A stretch of 36,188 nucleotides of DNA from a virus (Duplodnaviria > Caudoviricetes), in IMG/VR virus record IMGVR_UViG_3300037309_000022, positions 1 to 36,188 of that record; one strand, written 5' to 3'. Shown piece after piece: positions 22,729 to 32,681 of this stretch. The notes under the pieces are model-generated. The model did not search any database and had not been told where the DNA came from. It saw only the letters and a program-made list of their open reading frames with translations. Positions within the stretch are counted from its first letter, which is position 1, and the number at the start of each line of letters is the position of its first letter. The position numbers were made by a program, and so were the translations under genes.

Positions 22729-24425
22729 TGGTGAAAATGGTCGCAGTCCCGACGCGGGTTCCTCGCGGCGGCGTATCCGCGCAACCGTTGAACTTCGACC
22801 CGTTGGCGCAAGGGCTGTCGCGCGTTGGGTCTGCGGTTCAGGAGGTCGCGGACCGGCAACAACGCGCCATGGATCACGCGGCGGGCATCCTGTTCGACCA
22901 AGGGCGGCGCGAGGCCATTGCGGCGGCGCTGGACGAAGCCAAGGCGGCAGCCGGGCCAGCGGGCAAGGGTTACGGCGAAGCCGCGATGAAGCTCTACCAA
23001 GAGCGCGCGGCGAAGCTGTTGCCGTCATTGCCTGAGGGGATTTCGCAAGAGGCGCGGCAGCGGTTCGAGGTCGAGATCGAAAGCGGCGCGGGCGCGGTTC
23101 AAGGCGCGGCGCGCGAGTATGTGCTGGGCGCAGAGAAGGCGTATCAGGTTCAGGCGTTTGAAACGGTGCGAGCCGATGCGCAACGGGCGATCCTGGCAGA
23201 CCCTGCGGCTTATGGTGCGGCTTTGTCCAACTTGGAAGCCACGGTTGACCGGTTGACGGGTTCGGCGTTTTCGCCAGAGCAGGCGCTAGACGTTAAGCGC
23301 AAGTTGCGGGCGGAAGCCGCTGGGCTTGCAGTCGAGTCCCTCGTTCAACGCGGCGACGAAGACATTGCCGAGACGGCATTGGACCCGAAGCGCGGACGGA
23401 TTGCGCGCGATCTGGACGCCGATGGGCAAATTCAGGCCAAGCGCCGGATCGAAGCCGCACGCGAACGCAGGCGCATCGAGCGCGACCGGGCGGAGAATGA
23501 AGCCGAGAAAGCGTTGAAAAGGCGTCAGGAAGAAGCCGAGAAGGAATACTTCGACAAGCTGACCACCGGGGCCTTGACCGAAGCCGATATGGCGCAAGCC
23601 AAGAAAGACTTAAGCCCATCGGCCTATCGCACCTTGCTCGACGTTCACCGGCGCGGCGATGGCCAAGACCGGCCCGATGTGGTCAAGAGCATCACGGACA
23701 AAATCTACGGCCAAGGCCAGGACGCGAAGGCGGACATTCAGGCCGCGCACCGTGACGGTAAGCTGTCCAACGACACAGCGGCCAAGCTCTACAAAGAGAA
23801 CGACGCCAAGAGCGGGGCAGGGGACGACAAGGTCCCGGTCACGTTTCGCGCGCAGATCGACTATGTCCGAAACTCGCTGCGGACCAGCGATTTTAATTTC
23901 GATCCAAACCAGGCGCAGAACCAAGCCGAAGCGGTACGGGCCATCACCCTCTATGCGCAAGAGCCCGGCCGCACGGTCGAGCAAGTGCAAAAGTACGCCG
24001 ATCAATTGGTGGGAACCTACACCGGCCAGCCGCCCAAAAAGGCTCCGGCTCCGGGTGTTCTTGCCAACCCCCCGCCAGTAACCGGCGACGGCTTCACGCG
24101 ACCAGCGCCATTGAACGCCAAAGACCTTGGCATCGCGCCCAAGGCTCCGGCACCGGCTCCCGCCGCGCCTGCGGCCAAGCCTGCAACGCCTACGCCAGCG
24201 ACACCGGCAGCCCCAGCGGCTCCGCAAGTCAAGCCGCGCGCAGACCTTCCCCCAGCGCCAGCGGCCTACGCAAAACAACCGGCCCAACGCACGCCCGAAG
24301 AACGCCAGCAAGTCACACGGTGGATTCAACTGTACATGATCCGGAAGCACGGCGGCGATAAGGCCAAGATCATGGCCGACCCCGCCTTTCAGCGCATCAT
24401 GCGTGAGAACGGGGCGATGCGGTAA
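22728..24425 (+). CDS. Internal virion / ejection protein (gp15 position) with Pro/Ala-rich linker
   Basis: Helical A/Q/R-rich 565 aa; synteny. Confidence 0.65.
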   Translation: MVKMVAVPTRVPRGGVSAQPLNFDPLAQGLSRVGSAVQEVADRQQRAMDHAAGILFDQGRREAIAAALDEAKAAAGPAGKGYGEAAMKLYQERAAKLLPSLPEGISQEARQRFEVEIESGAGAVQGAAREYVLGAEKAYQVQAFETVRADAQRAILADPAAYGAALSNLEATVDRLTGSAFSPEQALDVKRKLRAEAAGLAVESLVQRGDEDIAETALDPKRGRIARDLDADGQIQAKRRIEAARERRRIERDRAENEAEKALKRRQEEAEKEYFDKLTTGALTEADMAQAKKDLSPSAYRTLLDVHRRGDGQDRPDVVKSITDKIYGQGQDAKADIQAAHRDGKLSNDTAAKLYKENDAKSGAGDDKVPVTFRAQIDYVRNSLRTSDFNFDPNQAQNQAEAVRAITLYAQEPGRTVEQVQKYADQLVGTYTGQPPKKAPAPGVLANPPPVTGDGFTRPAPLNAKDLGIAPKAPAPAPAAPAAKPATPTPATPAAPAAPQVKPRADLPPAPAAYAKQPAQRTPEERQQVTRWIQLYMIRKHGGDKAKIMADPAFQRIMRENGAMR

Positions 24426-27400
24426 TGGCCGAAACCCTGACGCCGGAACAAGAACAAGCGCTGATGAAAGAATTGGACGCGAGCGCGGCGACGGCGCCGG
24501 TCCAACCTCTCGCGCCAGAAGATCAAACCCGCGTCGCATCGGATCTGGAAGCGTTGATCCTGGAAGACCAATCGGCGCAACCGCAATCGGCTGGCGAGGC
24601 GGCTCTCAGCACTGCGGCGGACATCGGCCAAGGCGTCATCGAGGCCCCGGCATCGATCGTGCGCGGCGTTGCGGATGCGGCCAAGAACTCGCTGTCGTTC
24701 GTCGACGATGTGCTGTGGTGGGCGAACGACAATATCGCAGGCTTCGACACGCCCAAGGATCAGCGCGGCGGCTTCGCCGATTTCATCCCCGAGGTGAAGG
24801 CCAAAGAGGAAACCGTCACCGGCAACCTCATTCGCGGCGTCGCCTCGTTCATGACCGCCTTCGTTCCGATCATCGGCCCGGCTGGGAAGGTGGCGGAAGC
24901 CGCAAAGCTGGCCGGAGCGGCTAAGGTCATCGGGCAAACAGCCGGCGCTGGCTTCATCGCGGACTTCCTGACGCAGGACCCCAATGGCCAAACGCTGTCG
25001 AATGCCTGGCAGAACGCGGGCCTTCCGCAAAATGTGCTGACCGATTTCCTTGCGGCCTCGCCCGAGGACAAAGGCACGGCGACACGGCTCAAGGCGGCGC
25101 TCGAAGGCCTTGGCGTCGGCACTGCGCTCGACGGCCTGATGCGTGGTTTCAAGATCGCCCGCAAGGCCGTCCAGACCAACACCGCACCGGCGCAAGCCTT
25201 CGGCCCTGAGTTCATGACGCCCAAGGCGCAAGAGGCCTTTGTGCGCGTCGGCAATGATGCACCGGCAGTCGTGCGCGTGCCTGAAGGCGGGCAGCCCATC
25301 GAAGCCCTAGGCCAGGCCGCAGACAGCCTAGGCGTGCCCGTTGACATCGTGGCGAAGTCCTTAATCAAGGCAGGCAAGGCCGGGACCGACGATGTCTATT
25401 TGAACCTATCGCACATCGAGACGCCCGAGCAGGTTAAGAAAACCCTGGCCAGCATGGCGGACGCCTTCGCGCCGACCGTCAACGACGCCAAGCGCGGCGT
25501 GCAATCCTGGGAAGACACGAAGGCCCTAGCCGATCAAATGGGCATGACGGTCGACGATCTTCTGTACCGTCGCAGGGCCAAGAATGGCGCGCGGATGCCG
25601 TTCACGGCCGAGGAAAGCCTCGGCGCGCAACGCTTGCTGACCGCGTCGGCTGAGAACCTGGCGGCGCTGGCAAAAGCCGTTGCCGACCCGAACTCCGGCG
25701 ATCTGGACGTGTTCGCCTTCAACAAGGCCTTCACGGTTCACCAAGCCATTCAGGCCGAGGTCATGGGCTCCGTCGCCGAGACGGCGCGCTCGCTCAACGC
25801 CATGCGCATTCCACGCGGCTCGACGGCGGAAAGCCTTCGGGCGGTCAAGCGTGCGCTCGATGCAGACCCAAACATGGTCACGAATGCGCGCCAGTTGGCG
25901 GCCATGGTCACGGCAGCGGCCGAGTCTGGCTTGCCGGTCTCCGTGGTCAACAAAATGGTTCAGAAGGCCGGGCCGATGGCCGCGACAATGGCGGCGGCGA
26001 AACAGGTCTTTATCAACGGCATTCTGTCTGGACCCGCAACCCACTTGGTCAACGTCGCCTCGAACGGCTTGAACACGGTGTTGCAAGTGGCCGATCGCGC
26101 GGTGGCGTCACGGCTTGGCATCGAAGGCGGGCCGGAAGCCATTGAGACGGCGGCGATGAGCCACGCCCTGATCCGTTCGCAATGGGACGCGATGAAGTTT
26201 GCGTGGATGGCGCTGAAGGAAGGCCGGGACGTGTCCGCAACTGGGCAGTTCGAGGGCTCCGAAGTTCTCTCGGCTATTTCGGACAAAGCCTTCGGCATCC
26301 CGCGCAATAAGGGGCCGTTTACCGAAACCCTGGTGCAGGCCGTCAACTTCACGGGGCAGGCTATCGGCATTCCAGGCCGTTTGCTGGCGGGCGCGGATAC
26401 CTACTTTAAAACCATCGGCTATCGCATGGAGGTCCACGCGCTCGCGGCGCGGCAGGCCATGCAAGAGGGTTTGACCGGCGAAGCGTTGTCCAAGCGCATT
26501 GGCGAACTGACGACGAACCCGCCCGAGAACATCCGGCTCGACGCGGACGAATTTGCGCACCGCATGACGTTCACCGAAGACCCCGGCAAGTTCGTCAACC
26601 AAATGATTAAATTGCGCGGCGTCGGCGGCGATCTAAACCCGCTCACTTTCTTCGTGCCGTTCATCCGCACGCCGACCAACATTCTGCGCAACATTCTTGA
26701 GCGTTCGCCTTTTGCGTTCCTCGTGAGCCGGTTCCGGGACGACATGGCAGCGGGCGGCGCTCGTCAGGCCCTGGCCATCTCCCGCATGGCGACTGGCACC
26801 GTGGCCATGGGCGTTATCATGGACGCGGCCGAGCGCGGCTTGATTACTGGCAAGAGCCCGGGCGATCCAGGCGAGCGCGATCTGTGGACCAGGCAGGGGA
26901 AACAAGAATACGCGGTGAAGCTTGGCGACCGTTGGGTTCAGTTCTCGCGGCTCGATCCTGTCGGCGGCGTCCTGGGCGTCGCGGCGGATTTGTCCAACGC
27001 GCTGAAGAATGCGCGGATCAACCCGGACGATGTCGACGAATGGCAGGAAATCTCGGCGGCGATGATCGCCTCAATCTCTCAGACCTTCTTGTCAAAGTCA
27101 TACGTGCAAGGCGTCGTGGATCTGATGGACACGCTGAACGACCCCGAGCGCTACAGCGAAAGCATGATTAACAGCCTAACGGCGTCGTTCATGCCGTTCT
27201 CGTCGCTGTCAGGAACCATTGAGCGCGCCGTCGATCCTGAGATGCGGTTCGCCCGCGATCCGTTCGAGTTGATGCAGAGCCGCATTGCTGGGCTGTCCGA
27301 GCGCCTGCAAGTCAAGCGCGACATCTGGGGCAATGAGCGTCGCACCATCGAAAGCGGCTTCGGCGACACGCTCGACGCGATGAACCCGGTTCGCATCGCC

Positions 27401-27862
27401 AAGGCCAAGGATGATCCAGTTGACGCAGAGCTTGCGCGCCTTGAAGCGCCGATCCGGGCGATCCGGGAAAAGACCAGCTTCGGGCTTGGCAATCGATCGG
27501 CAGAGATCGATTTGGGCCGGTATCCGGAAGTGCTGGACGAATATATCCGGCTGTCCGGTAACGAACTCAAAATTGGCGGGCTTGGCCTCCACGATTACCT
27601 GACGGCTGTCGTTACCGGCAAGCATCCGCAGTCCGAGGTCTATGCGCGGCTGTCCGATGGGCGCGAGGGCGGCAAGGCGCAGTTCATCGACGGCGTCGTG
27701 GAGCGCTACCGCAAGGCGGCACGCGCCAAGATTTTGACCGACGAACGCTTCTCCGAGTTCCGGGCCGATTGGGACCAGGCCGTTGGGCGCAAAAGCGCCG
27801 AGCGCGCCAGGACGCCGGAAGCGCGCACGCGCTTTGAAATGCAGACAGGGGTTTCTCAGTAA
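24425..27862 (+). CDS. Large internal virion / ejection protein (gp16 position)
   Basis: 1145 aa helical; INGILSGPATH, PFIRTPTNI, YAVKLGDRWVQFSRLDP motifs typical of podovirus ejection proteins. Confidence 0.75.
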   Translation: MAETLTPEQEQALMKELDASAATAPVQPLAPEDQTRVASDLEALILEDQSAQPQSAGEAALSTAADIGQGVIEAPASIVRGVADAAKNSLSFVDDVLWWANDNIAGFDTPKDQRGGFADFIPEVKAKEETVTGNLIRGVASFMTAFVPIIGPAGKVAEAAKLAGAAKVIGQTAGAGFIADFLTQDPNGQTLSNAWQNAGLPQNVLTDFLAASPEDKGTATRLKAALEGLGVGTALDGLMRGFKIARKAVQTNTAPAQAFGPEFMTPKAQEAFVRVGNDAPAVVRVPEGGQPIEALGQAADSLGVPVDIVAKSLIKAGKAGTDDVYLNLSHIETPEQVKKTLASMADAFAPTVNDAKRGVQSWEDTKALADQMGMTVDDLLYRRRAKNGARMPFTAEESLGAQRLLTASAENLAALAKAVADPNSGDLDVFAFNKAFTVHQAIQAEVMGSVAETARSLNAMRIPRGSTAESLRAVKRALDADPNMVTNARQLAAMVTAAAESGLPVSVVNKMVQKAGPMAATMAAAKQVFINGILSGPATHLVNVASNGLNTVLQVADRAVASRLGIEGGPEAIETAAMSHALIRSQWDAMKFAWMALKEGRDVSATGQFEGSEVLSAISDKAFGIPRNKGPFTETLVQAVNFTGQAIGIPGRLLAGADTYFKTIGYRMEVHALAARQAMQEGLTGEALSKRIGELTTNPPENIRLDADEFAHRMTFTEDPGKFVNQMIKLRGVGGDLNPLTFFVPFIRTPTNILRNILERSPFAFLVSRFRDDMAAGGARQALAISRMATGTVAMGVIMDAAERGLITGKSPGDPGERDLWTRQGKQEYAVKLGDRWVQFSRLDPVGGVLGVAADLSNALKNARINPDDVDEWQEISAAMIASISQTFLSKSYVQGVVDLMDTLNDPERYSESMINSLTASFMPFSSLSGTIERAVDPEMRFARDPFELMQSRIAGLSERLQVKRDIWGNERRTIESGFGDTLDAMNPVRIAKAKDDPVDAELARLEAPIRAIREKTSFGLGNRSAEIDLGRYPEVLDEYIRLSGNELKIGGLGLHDYLTAVVTGKHPQSEVYARLSDGREGGKAQFIDGVVERYRKAARAKILTDERFSEFRADWDQAVGRKSAERARTPEARTRFEMQTGVSQ

Positions 27863-30027
27863 TGACCGTGGCCGCTAACGACCGCGTTGTCCGGTACTCC
27901 GGCAACGGCTCAACAACCGTGTTCGCTTACGACTTCAAAATCGTGAGCGGGAGCGATCTGCGCGTGACCTTGGTCACGTCTGCTGGCGTCGAGACGGTGC
28001 AGACCATCACCACGCATTATTCCGTTTCCGGCGTCGGCGATGCGGGCGGCGGAAATGTGACCTTTGTCACGGCTCCGGCGACTGGTTCTACTGTAGTTAT
28101 CGAGGGGCGGCTTGCGCCTGCGCAAACGTCCAGCATTCCGACTTCGGGCGCGTTCCCAGCGACGACTGTGGAAGCGGCATTGGATAAGCTGACGCGGACA
28201 GTTCAGGAACATGAGACGCGGCTTGCGCGCGGGTTCCGGACCAATCTCAAGGACACCGCGTCCGAAATAGTCCTGCCGCCTGCGGCCGATCTGGTCAACA
28301 AAGTCTTCCACATGGGCGCGGACGGAAAGACGCCGACCGCAATCGATACCGATATTTCGACGCTTGATGACATCGTCGATGAACTATCCGCCGATGCGGA
28401 TCGGGCCGAGCTGGCGGCCGATCGCGCTGAAGTCGCGGCGGCACTGGCTGGCGTTGCTGGCAATGGCCGGATGCCGATCTACTATTTTCCAATCCTCGGC
28501 CAGTCAAACGGCGAGGGGCGCGGCGATAAGGCGGACGCTTCTTATCCGTCGCCCGTCACCACGGGCTATTACATCACGGGCGGCGTGATTTCCTCGCCTC
28601 TTGCCGATAGCGTCGGCGGCGCTTCGACGGGCTCGGCCTGGCCTGCATTCTCGAACCAATGGGAATTGAGCAAGACCGGAACAAAGGCGATCTTCACAGA
28701 CTTGGCGACGGGCGGATCGGCGCTGATTGCGGCGGCGAACCCGGCAAACAATTGGAGCGCGACAGGTTCGCTCCGAGCGGCGGCTGTGTCTGCAATCAAC
28801 ACGAATATCGCGGCAATTCAGGCTGACACGCGCTTTCAATTGATTGGCGTCATGCCGATCTGGGTGCAAGGCGAGCAGGACGCGACAGAGCTATTTGCGG
28901 GAACGGCTGGCGTTTCCAAGGCGAACTATAAGACCGAGTTCGCAACGCTCGTGGATTATCTGAAAGCCAATATCACAATCGTTCCGTTCCGGTTCGGCAT
29001 CATCCGCATTGGCTCCAAGAACGACCGCTCGCAAAACTCGACTTCAACCCCGGCATGGTCTGACATTCGCGCGGCGCAAGACGAACTTTGCGCATCGCGC
29101 GCCGATTGCCGGATGCTCTATCGCGGCACTTCATCTTTTGCAAAAGACGCGCTCAACTACATGGACAGCGCGACGACCGGCACTGACGTCCACTGGGGTC
29201 AACAGGGCCTGAACTTGGCGGGCAAGTGCGCGGCGATCGAAAGTGCAGCAACTGTGGCATCGAGCGTGCCAACGGCTCCGGCGCTTCTTGGTTCAGCGTC
29301 TATTACGACAGACACTGACATCACGACGACGCTCGCATCACCAAGAACGATTTCCTACACGACGCACGCTAGCGCCCAAGGTTTGATCGTCGTCGTGGTC
29401 AACAACCGCAACGGATCGACATCGGGCAGTGTGTTGAGCGGGTGCACGTTCAACGGCGTGACCATGAAGCTGGCGACGAAAAACACCGCGTCGAACCTTT
29501 TGGCGAATGCTGCGGGCTCGACCGGCTCCGCCGCTGGGCGCGTTGACGTCATGGTCTATCACATTGGCAACGCGGCTTATCTGGCAGCGACCGGGAGCAA
29601 TATCGCTGGTGTCACGGCGAACGTGGTCATTTCGTGGAACGCAAACGTGGCGCATCTCAACCAAGTATGGATACAGTCGGTTGACTCCGACATAATCGAA
29701 GAAACCACGCCCTGCACGAACGCGAGCACGGCAACGGCCGCACTAACGGTCAACCCTGGTCCTGGCAATGCCGCATTGTGCGTGGCCGTCGCCGGGTCGA
29801 ACGGGGACGCGGCGGCGGCTCTCACATGCACCTGGACAGGTTTAACGGAGATCATGGACAGCGGCGGCTCTAATGGCACGCGCGCCTGTCAAATGTCGGT
29901 TGCGACCGGCACGTTGACGGCAAACGTAGTTGCAACTGTCACCGCGACGTTAAGTGGAAATGCAACAGAGTTTGGCTTGATGGCCGCATGTTTCCGCAAG
30001 CGTGTTAGCGGCGAAGAAGCCGCATAA
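27862..30027 (+). CDS. Tail fiber/spike: T7 gp17-like N-terminal anchor, SGNH (SASA-type) acetylesterase, C-terminal beta domain
   Basis: YSGNGSTTVFAYDF...ALDKLT anchor; ILGQSN, WVQGEQD and DVH esterase blocks. Confidence 0.85.
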   Translation: MTVAANDRVVRYSGNGSTTVFAYDFKIVSGSDLRVTLVTSAGVETVQTITTHYSVSGVGDAGGGNVTFVTAPATGSTVVIEGRLAPAQTSSIPTSGAFPATTVEAALDKLTRTVQEHETRLARGFRTNLKDTASEIVLPPAADLVNKVFHMGADGKTPTAIDTDISTLDDIVDELSADADRAELAADRAEVAAALAGVAGNGRMPIYYFPILGQSNGEGRGDKADASYPSPVTTGYYITGGVISSPLADSVGGASTGSAWPAFSNQWELSKTGTKAIFTDLATGGSALIAAANPANNWSATGSLRAAAVSAINTNIAAIQADTRFQLIGVMPIWVQGEQDATELFAGTAGVSKANYKTEFATLVDYLKANITIVPFRFGIIRIGSKNDRSQNSTSTPAWSDIRAAQDELCASRADCRMLYRGTSSFAKDALNYMDSATTGTDVHWGQQGLNLAGKCAAIESAATVASSVPTAPALLGSASITTDTDITTTLASPRTISYTTHASAQGLIVVVVNNRNGSTSGSVLSGCTFNGVTMKLATKNTASNLLANAAGSTGSAAGRVDVMVYHIGNAAYLAATGSNIAGVTANVVISWNANVAHLNQVWIQSVDSDIIEETTPCTNASTATAALTVNPGPGNAALCVAVAGSNGDAAAALTCTWTGLTEIMDSGGSNGTRACQMSVATGTLTANVVATVTATLSGNATEFGLMAACFRKRVSGEEAA

Positions 30028-30044
30028 TTAAAGGAGCCTGACCA

Positions 30045-30344
30045 ATGCCTACGACCGCTCAAGTGAAACCGCTAATGCAGACCGGCGGCAATATTTCTGT
30101 TACAACGCCCGTTGGCGGTACGGCCTACACCGCCTACGCCTCGCAAGCCTGTCTTCGTCTGACCATCGTCAATTCAAGTGGGCAATCCATCGAGTTCGCG
30201 CGCGGCGGCACCGGCGTCGGCATCGTGGTCCGCGACGGCGCCAGCGCGACGATCGAGGGCATTACGAACACAAACCAGATCAGCGTCAGGCGCTCTGGCG
30301 CGAACAATAACGGCGAAGTCGTCAACGCGATGTGGGAAGCCTAA
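30045..30344 (+). CDS. Small beta-rich tail-associated protein
   Basis: AAGGAG RBS; between the spike and the lectin-like gene. Confidence 0.65.
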   Translation: MPTTAQVKPLMQTGGNISVTTPVGGTAYTAYASQACLRLTIVNSSGQSIEFARGGTGVGIVVRDGASATIEGITNTNQISVRRSGANNNGEVVNAMWEA

Positions 30345-30349
30345 GCGCC

Positions 30350-31135
30350 ATGTCGCGCCTTCTGCTGCGACCCCGCTGTGTCGCCTCATCCGGCCCGACG
30401 ATCATTCAGCCTAACGCCGTTTCGGGGTTGATTTCGTGGATCGAGTTCGACGACATCTCCACTCTGTTCAAAAGCGCAGACGCGACGACGACCGCAGTCA
30501 CGACGACTGGCGACGTGATCCGCACCATGCGAGACAAGGCGCACGCCTCCAACCTTTGGTGGAAGAACCGGACCAGTGACGCGACAAGCCCGGTTTATAC
30601 CGAAAACGGCGGCAAGAAGTTCGGCGCGTTCACTATCGCGGCGTCTCGGTTCTTGTCTTATTACGCGGGCGGCGTTGCGGACACGACGATTGACAGCCTG
30701 ACGCGGCCTGCGGCTTACACGTTTATTTGCGCCTATCGAAAAGCGGCGTCTGGAAGCGCCGCGCGCATTTTAGGGAGCAGCGCGAATTCCACGGTCGGAT
30801 GCTTCGACGGCACAGATAATCTAATGTACGGCAGCGCCGTATCAAATGCGGCCAAGCCGAATGCGAGTTCGACATTCATCCGCACGTCCTTCGGCGTCGG
30901 CGCTTGGGTCAACGTGGACGATACCGTTGCCAATTATCAGTTCTATCAGGACAACGTGTTGCTGGCGGGCGCGAACCAAACCTCGTCGGCAACCACTGCA
31001 ACGGTTTTCAACGCCATGGGCCGCCAATCGTCGTCCTATAGCGACTGCGACATCATCGGTTGGGCGCTTTACAACGCCGTGCTCTCCGCGTCTGACCGCG
31101 CTGGCGTCACCGCGTATTTCCAGGCGAAGTGTTGA
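30350..31135 (+). CDS. Putative LamG/concanavalin-like receptor-binding protein
   Basis: GLISWIEFDD..TLF, GD.I..MRDK, ALYNAVLSASDRAGVTAYF pattern. Confidence 0.65.
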   Translation: MSRLLLRPRCVASSGPTIIQPNAVSGLISWIEFDDISTLFKSADATTTAVTTTGDVIRTMRDKAHASNLWWKNRTSDATSPVYTENGGKKFGAFTIAASRFLSYYAGGVADTTIDSLTRPAAYTFICAYRKAASGSAARILGSSANSTVGCFDGTDNLMYGSAVSNAAKPNASSTFIRTSFGVGAWVNVDDTVANYQFYQDNVLLAGANQTSSATTATVFNAMGRQSSSYSDCDIIGWALYNAVLSASDRAGVTAYFQAKC

Positions 31136-31136
31136 T

Positions 31137-31520
31137 ATGTTTATCCTTTCCCGCGCATCTCTAAACACATTGAAAGGCGTGCATCCTGACCTTGTGCGCG
31201 TGGTCAAGCGGGCAATTACTTTGACAAAAGTTGACTTCCGCGTCGGCGAAGGGCTGCGCACTGTCGAGCGGCAACGGGAACTCGTGAAGTCTGGCGCGTC
31301 TCGCACCATGAACTCGCGTCACATTACCGGGCACGCAGTTGACCTTTGGGCAATTGTCGGCGGGCAAGTGCGATGGGACTGGCCGCTTTACTACCGGATC
31401 GCGGATGCAATGAAAGAAGCCGCTCGGCAAGAGCGCGTTCCTATCGAATGGGGCGGCGATTGGGTCAAGTTCAAGGACGGCCCGCACTATCAGTTACCTT
31501 GGCGTAAATATCATAAGTGA
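31137..31520 (+). CDS. Endolysin, M15-family peptidase (T5 lysin-like L-Ala-D-Glu peptidase)
   Basis: LKGVHPDL, EGLRTVERQ, SRHITGHAVD, WGGDW..FKDGPHYQL. Confidence 0.92.
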   Translation: MFILSRASLNTLKGVHPDLVRVVKRAITLTKVDFRVGEGLRTVERQRELVKSGASRTMNSRHITGHAVDLWAIVGGQVRWDWPLYYRIADAMKEAARQERVPIEWGGDWVKFKDGPHYQLPWRKYHK

Positions 31521-31523
31521 GGC

Positions 31524-31817
31524 GTGACGATGGCGTTTCTCGAAGCAATCTTTGGCGGGCGCGATGAACAACATGCCGATGCAGTGTCCGAAGATTTGAA
31601 AAAACCGGACCCTAACGAAGCGACAGATTTAGGGCTTCACGTTCGACAATGCGCCAAGCGCTATGGGGTTCTCGCGGACGGCCTGAACAAGGCGACACGG
31701 GTTCAAATCGCCATGCAGCGCGGCATTGCGCGGACGCAGCTTTTGCTTCTCGTGGTCATCCTGCTTTTGCTTATGAATAAGACGTTCACGCTGGGCGAAT
31801 TGCTCAAGCTTTTGTAA
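31524..31817 (+). CDS. Lysis-region protein with C-terminal TM helix (holin/antiholin candidate)
   Basis: HVRQCAKRY coiled region followed by LLLLVVILLLL. Confidence 0.6.
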   Translation: MTMAFLEAIFGGRDEQHADAVSEDLKKPDPNEATDLGLHVRQCAKRYGVLADGLNKATRVQIAMQRGIARTQLLLLVVILLLLMNKTFTLGELLKLL

Positions 31818-31856
31818 CCCGCGCCCGGCGGTTCCGGGCAATATGTGAGGTGTCAC

Positions 31857-32042
31857 ATGGACAAGTTCTTCGACGCTATCGAGGGAAAAAAATCGTACAT
31901 CATCGCCTTTTTGACGGCACTGCTTGGGCTGCTCCAGGCGTTTGGCGTCGTCGTCCCTGAATGGCTGATCTACATCCTCGCCGGTCTCGGGATCGGCACG
32001 CTGCGGCACGCCGTCGCGAAGTTGCCGCAACCACCGGCCTAG
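31857..32042 (+). CDS. Putative holin (2 TM)
   Basis: GKKSYIIAFLTALLGLL...WLIYILAGLGIGTLR; GAGG RBS. Confidence 0.7.
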   Translation: MDKFFDAIEGKKSYIIAFLTALLGLLQAFGVVVPEWLIYILAGLGIGTLRHAVAKLPQPPA

Positions 32043-32113
32043 GCCTCGCGCGGGTGCTTAGGCGTCATTGGGTCTAACCGGCAGCCGCGTCCGGGCAACA
32101 TGGGAGAAGCGTC

Positions 32114-32347
32114 TTGACCGCGTTCAAAATCCTTGAGGCGCTTCTTCTCCTTTTCAACAAGGTGACGGACTATTTCCATGACCGGGAACTTATCTCGCTT
32201 GGCGAAGCTCGCGTCCTCGCTGACATGCACGCAAAAGCCTCAGAGCGCGTCACCAAGGCCCTTGAAGCTCGCGAGGCTATGGAGCGCGCTCTTGACGCTA
32301 ACCCTAGCCGGGTGCGCGATTGGGACCAAGACCGCCGCCCAAGTTGA
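32114..32347 (+). CDS. Rz: i-spanin (Rz-like)
   Basis: N-terminal hydrophobic helix, helical periplasmic part; overlapped by a lipoprotein gene. Confidence 0.65.
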   Translation: MTAFKILEALLLLFNKVTDYFHDRELISLGEARVLADMHAKASERVTKALEAREAMERALDANPSRVRDWDQDRRPS

Positions 32348-32483
32348 GCCCGATCCGGTCGGGGCCTGCCAAGTCTGGCGCATAATCACCTGGGCGGACG
32401 GCGACACGGACGAGACTTTGAAGCAGGTCAAGGCCAACAATGCCGCACGGCGGGCGTATTGTGGATCGCCGGTTAAGCCCTAA
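32262..32483 (+). CDS. Rz1: o-spanin lipoprotein (Rz1-like)
   Basis: Signal peptide MKLARLWSALLTLT with LAGC lipobox (TTG 32262 likely start); DTDET..QVKANNA...C. Confidence 0.75.
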   Translation: MKLARLWSALLTLTLAGCAIGTKTAAQVEPDPVGACQVWRIITWADGDTDETLKQVKANNAARRAYCGSPVKP

Positions 32484-32521
32484 GCCGGTTGCGGCTCACG
32501 GTTCGGCATTTGGTGAGACAC

Positions 32522-32556
32522 AAAAGCAAAGCCCCAACCGCTTCAACGGTTGGGGC
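32522..32556 (-). terminator. Rho-independent terminator for leftward transcription
   Basis: Perfect 10-bp stem GCCCCAACCG/CGGTTGGGGC, followed by TTTGCTTTT on the minus strand. Confidence 0.8.
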
Positions 32557-32681
32557 GCTGATCCATTGACATAGACTAGGACGCTCCGCCATTTCTGGAC
32601 CACCTAAGCGACGGTGTCGAAAGCGCCATTCCTTTTACAATAGCGCCGCCTATTGTCAAGAAAATCGCGTTTCTTTGACTG

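Noticed and set aside
24030-24275. Pro/Ala-rich repeats as a DNA repeat element
   Set aside because: Low-complexity protein linker with varied codons inside an ejection protein.
15065-26602. Long minus-strand ORFs (e.g. 15065-16147, 17581-18342, 23610-24539, 24389-25231)
   Set aside because: Antisense shadows of GC-rich structural genes, with no recognisable motifs.
27862-31135. BPP-1-style diversity-generating retroelement
   Set aside because: Despite the BPP-1-like virion genes, I found no reverse transcriptase and no TR/VR repeat pair differing at adenines.
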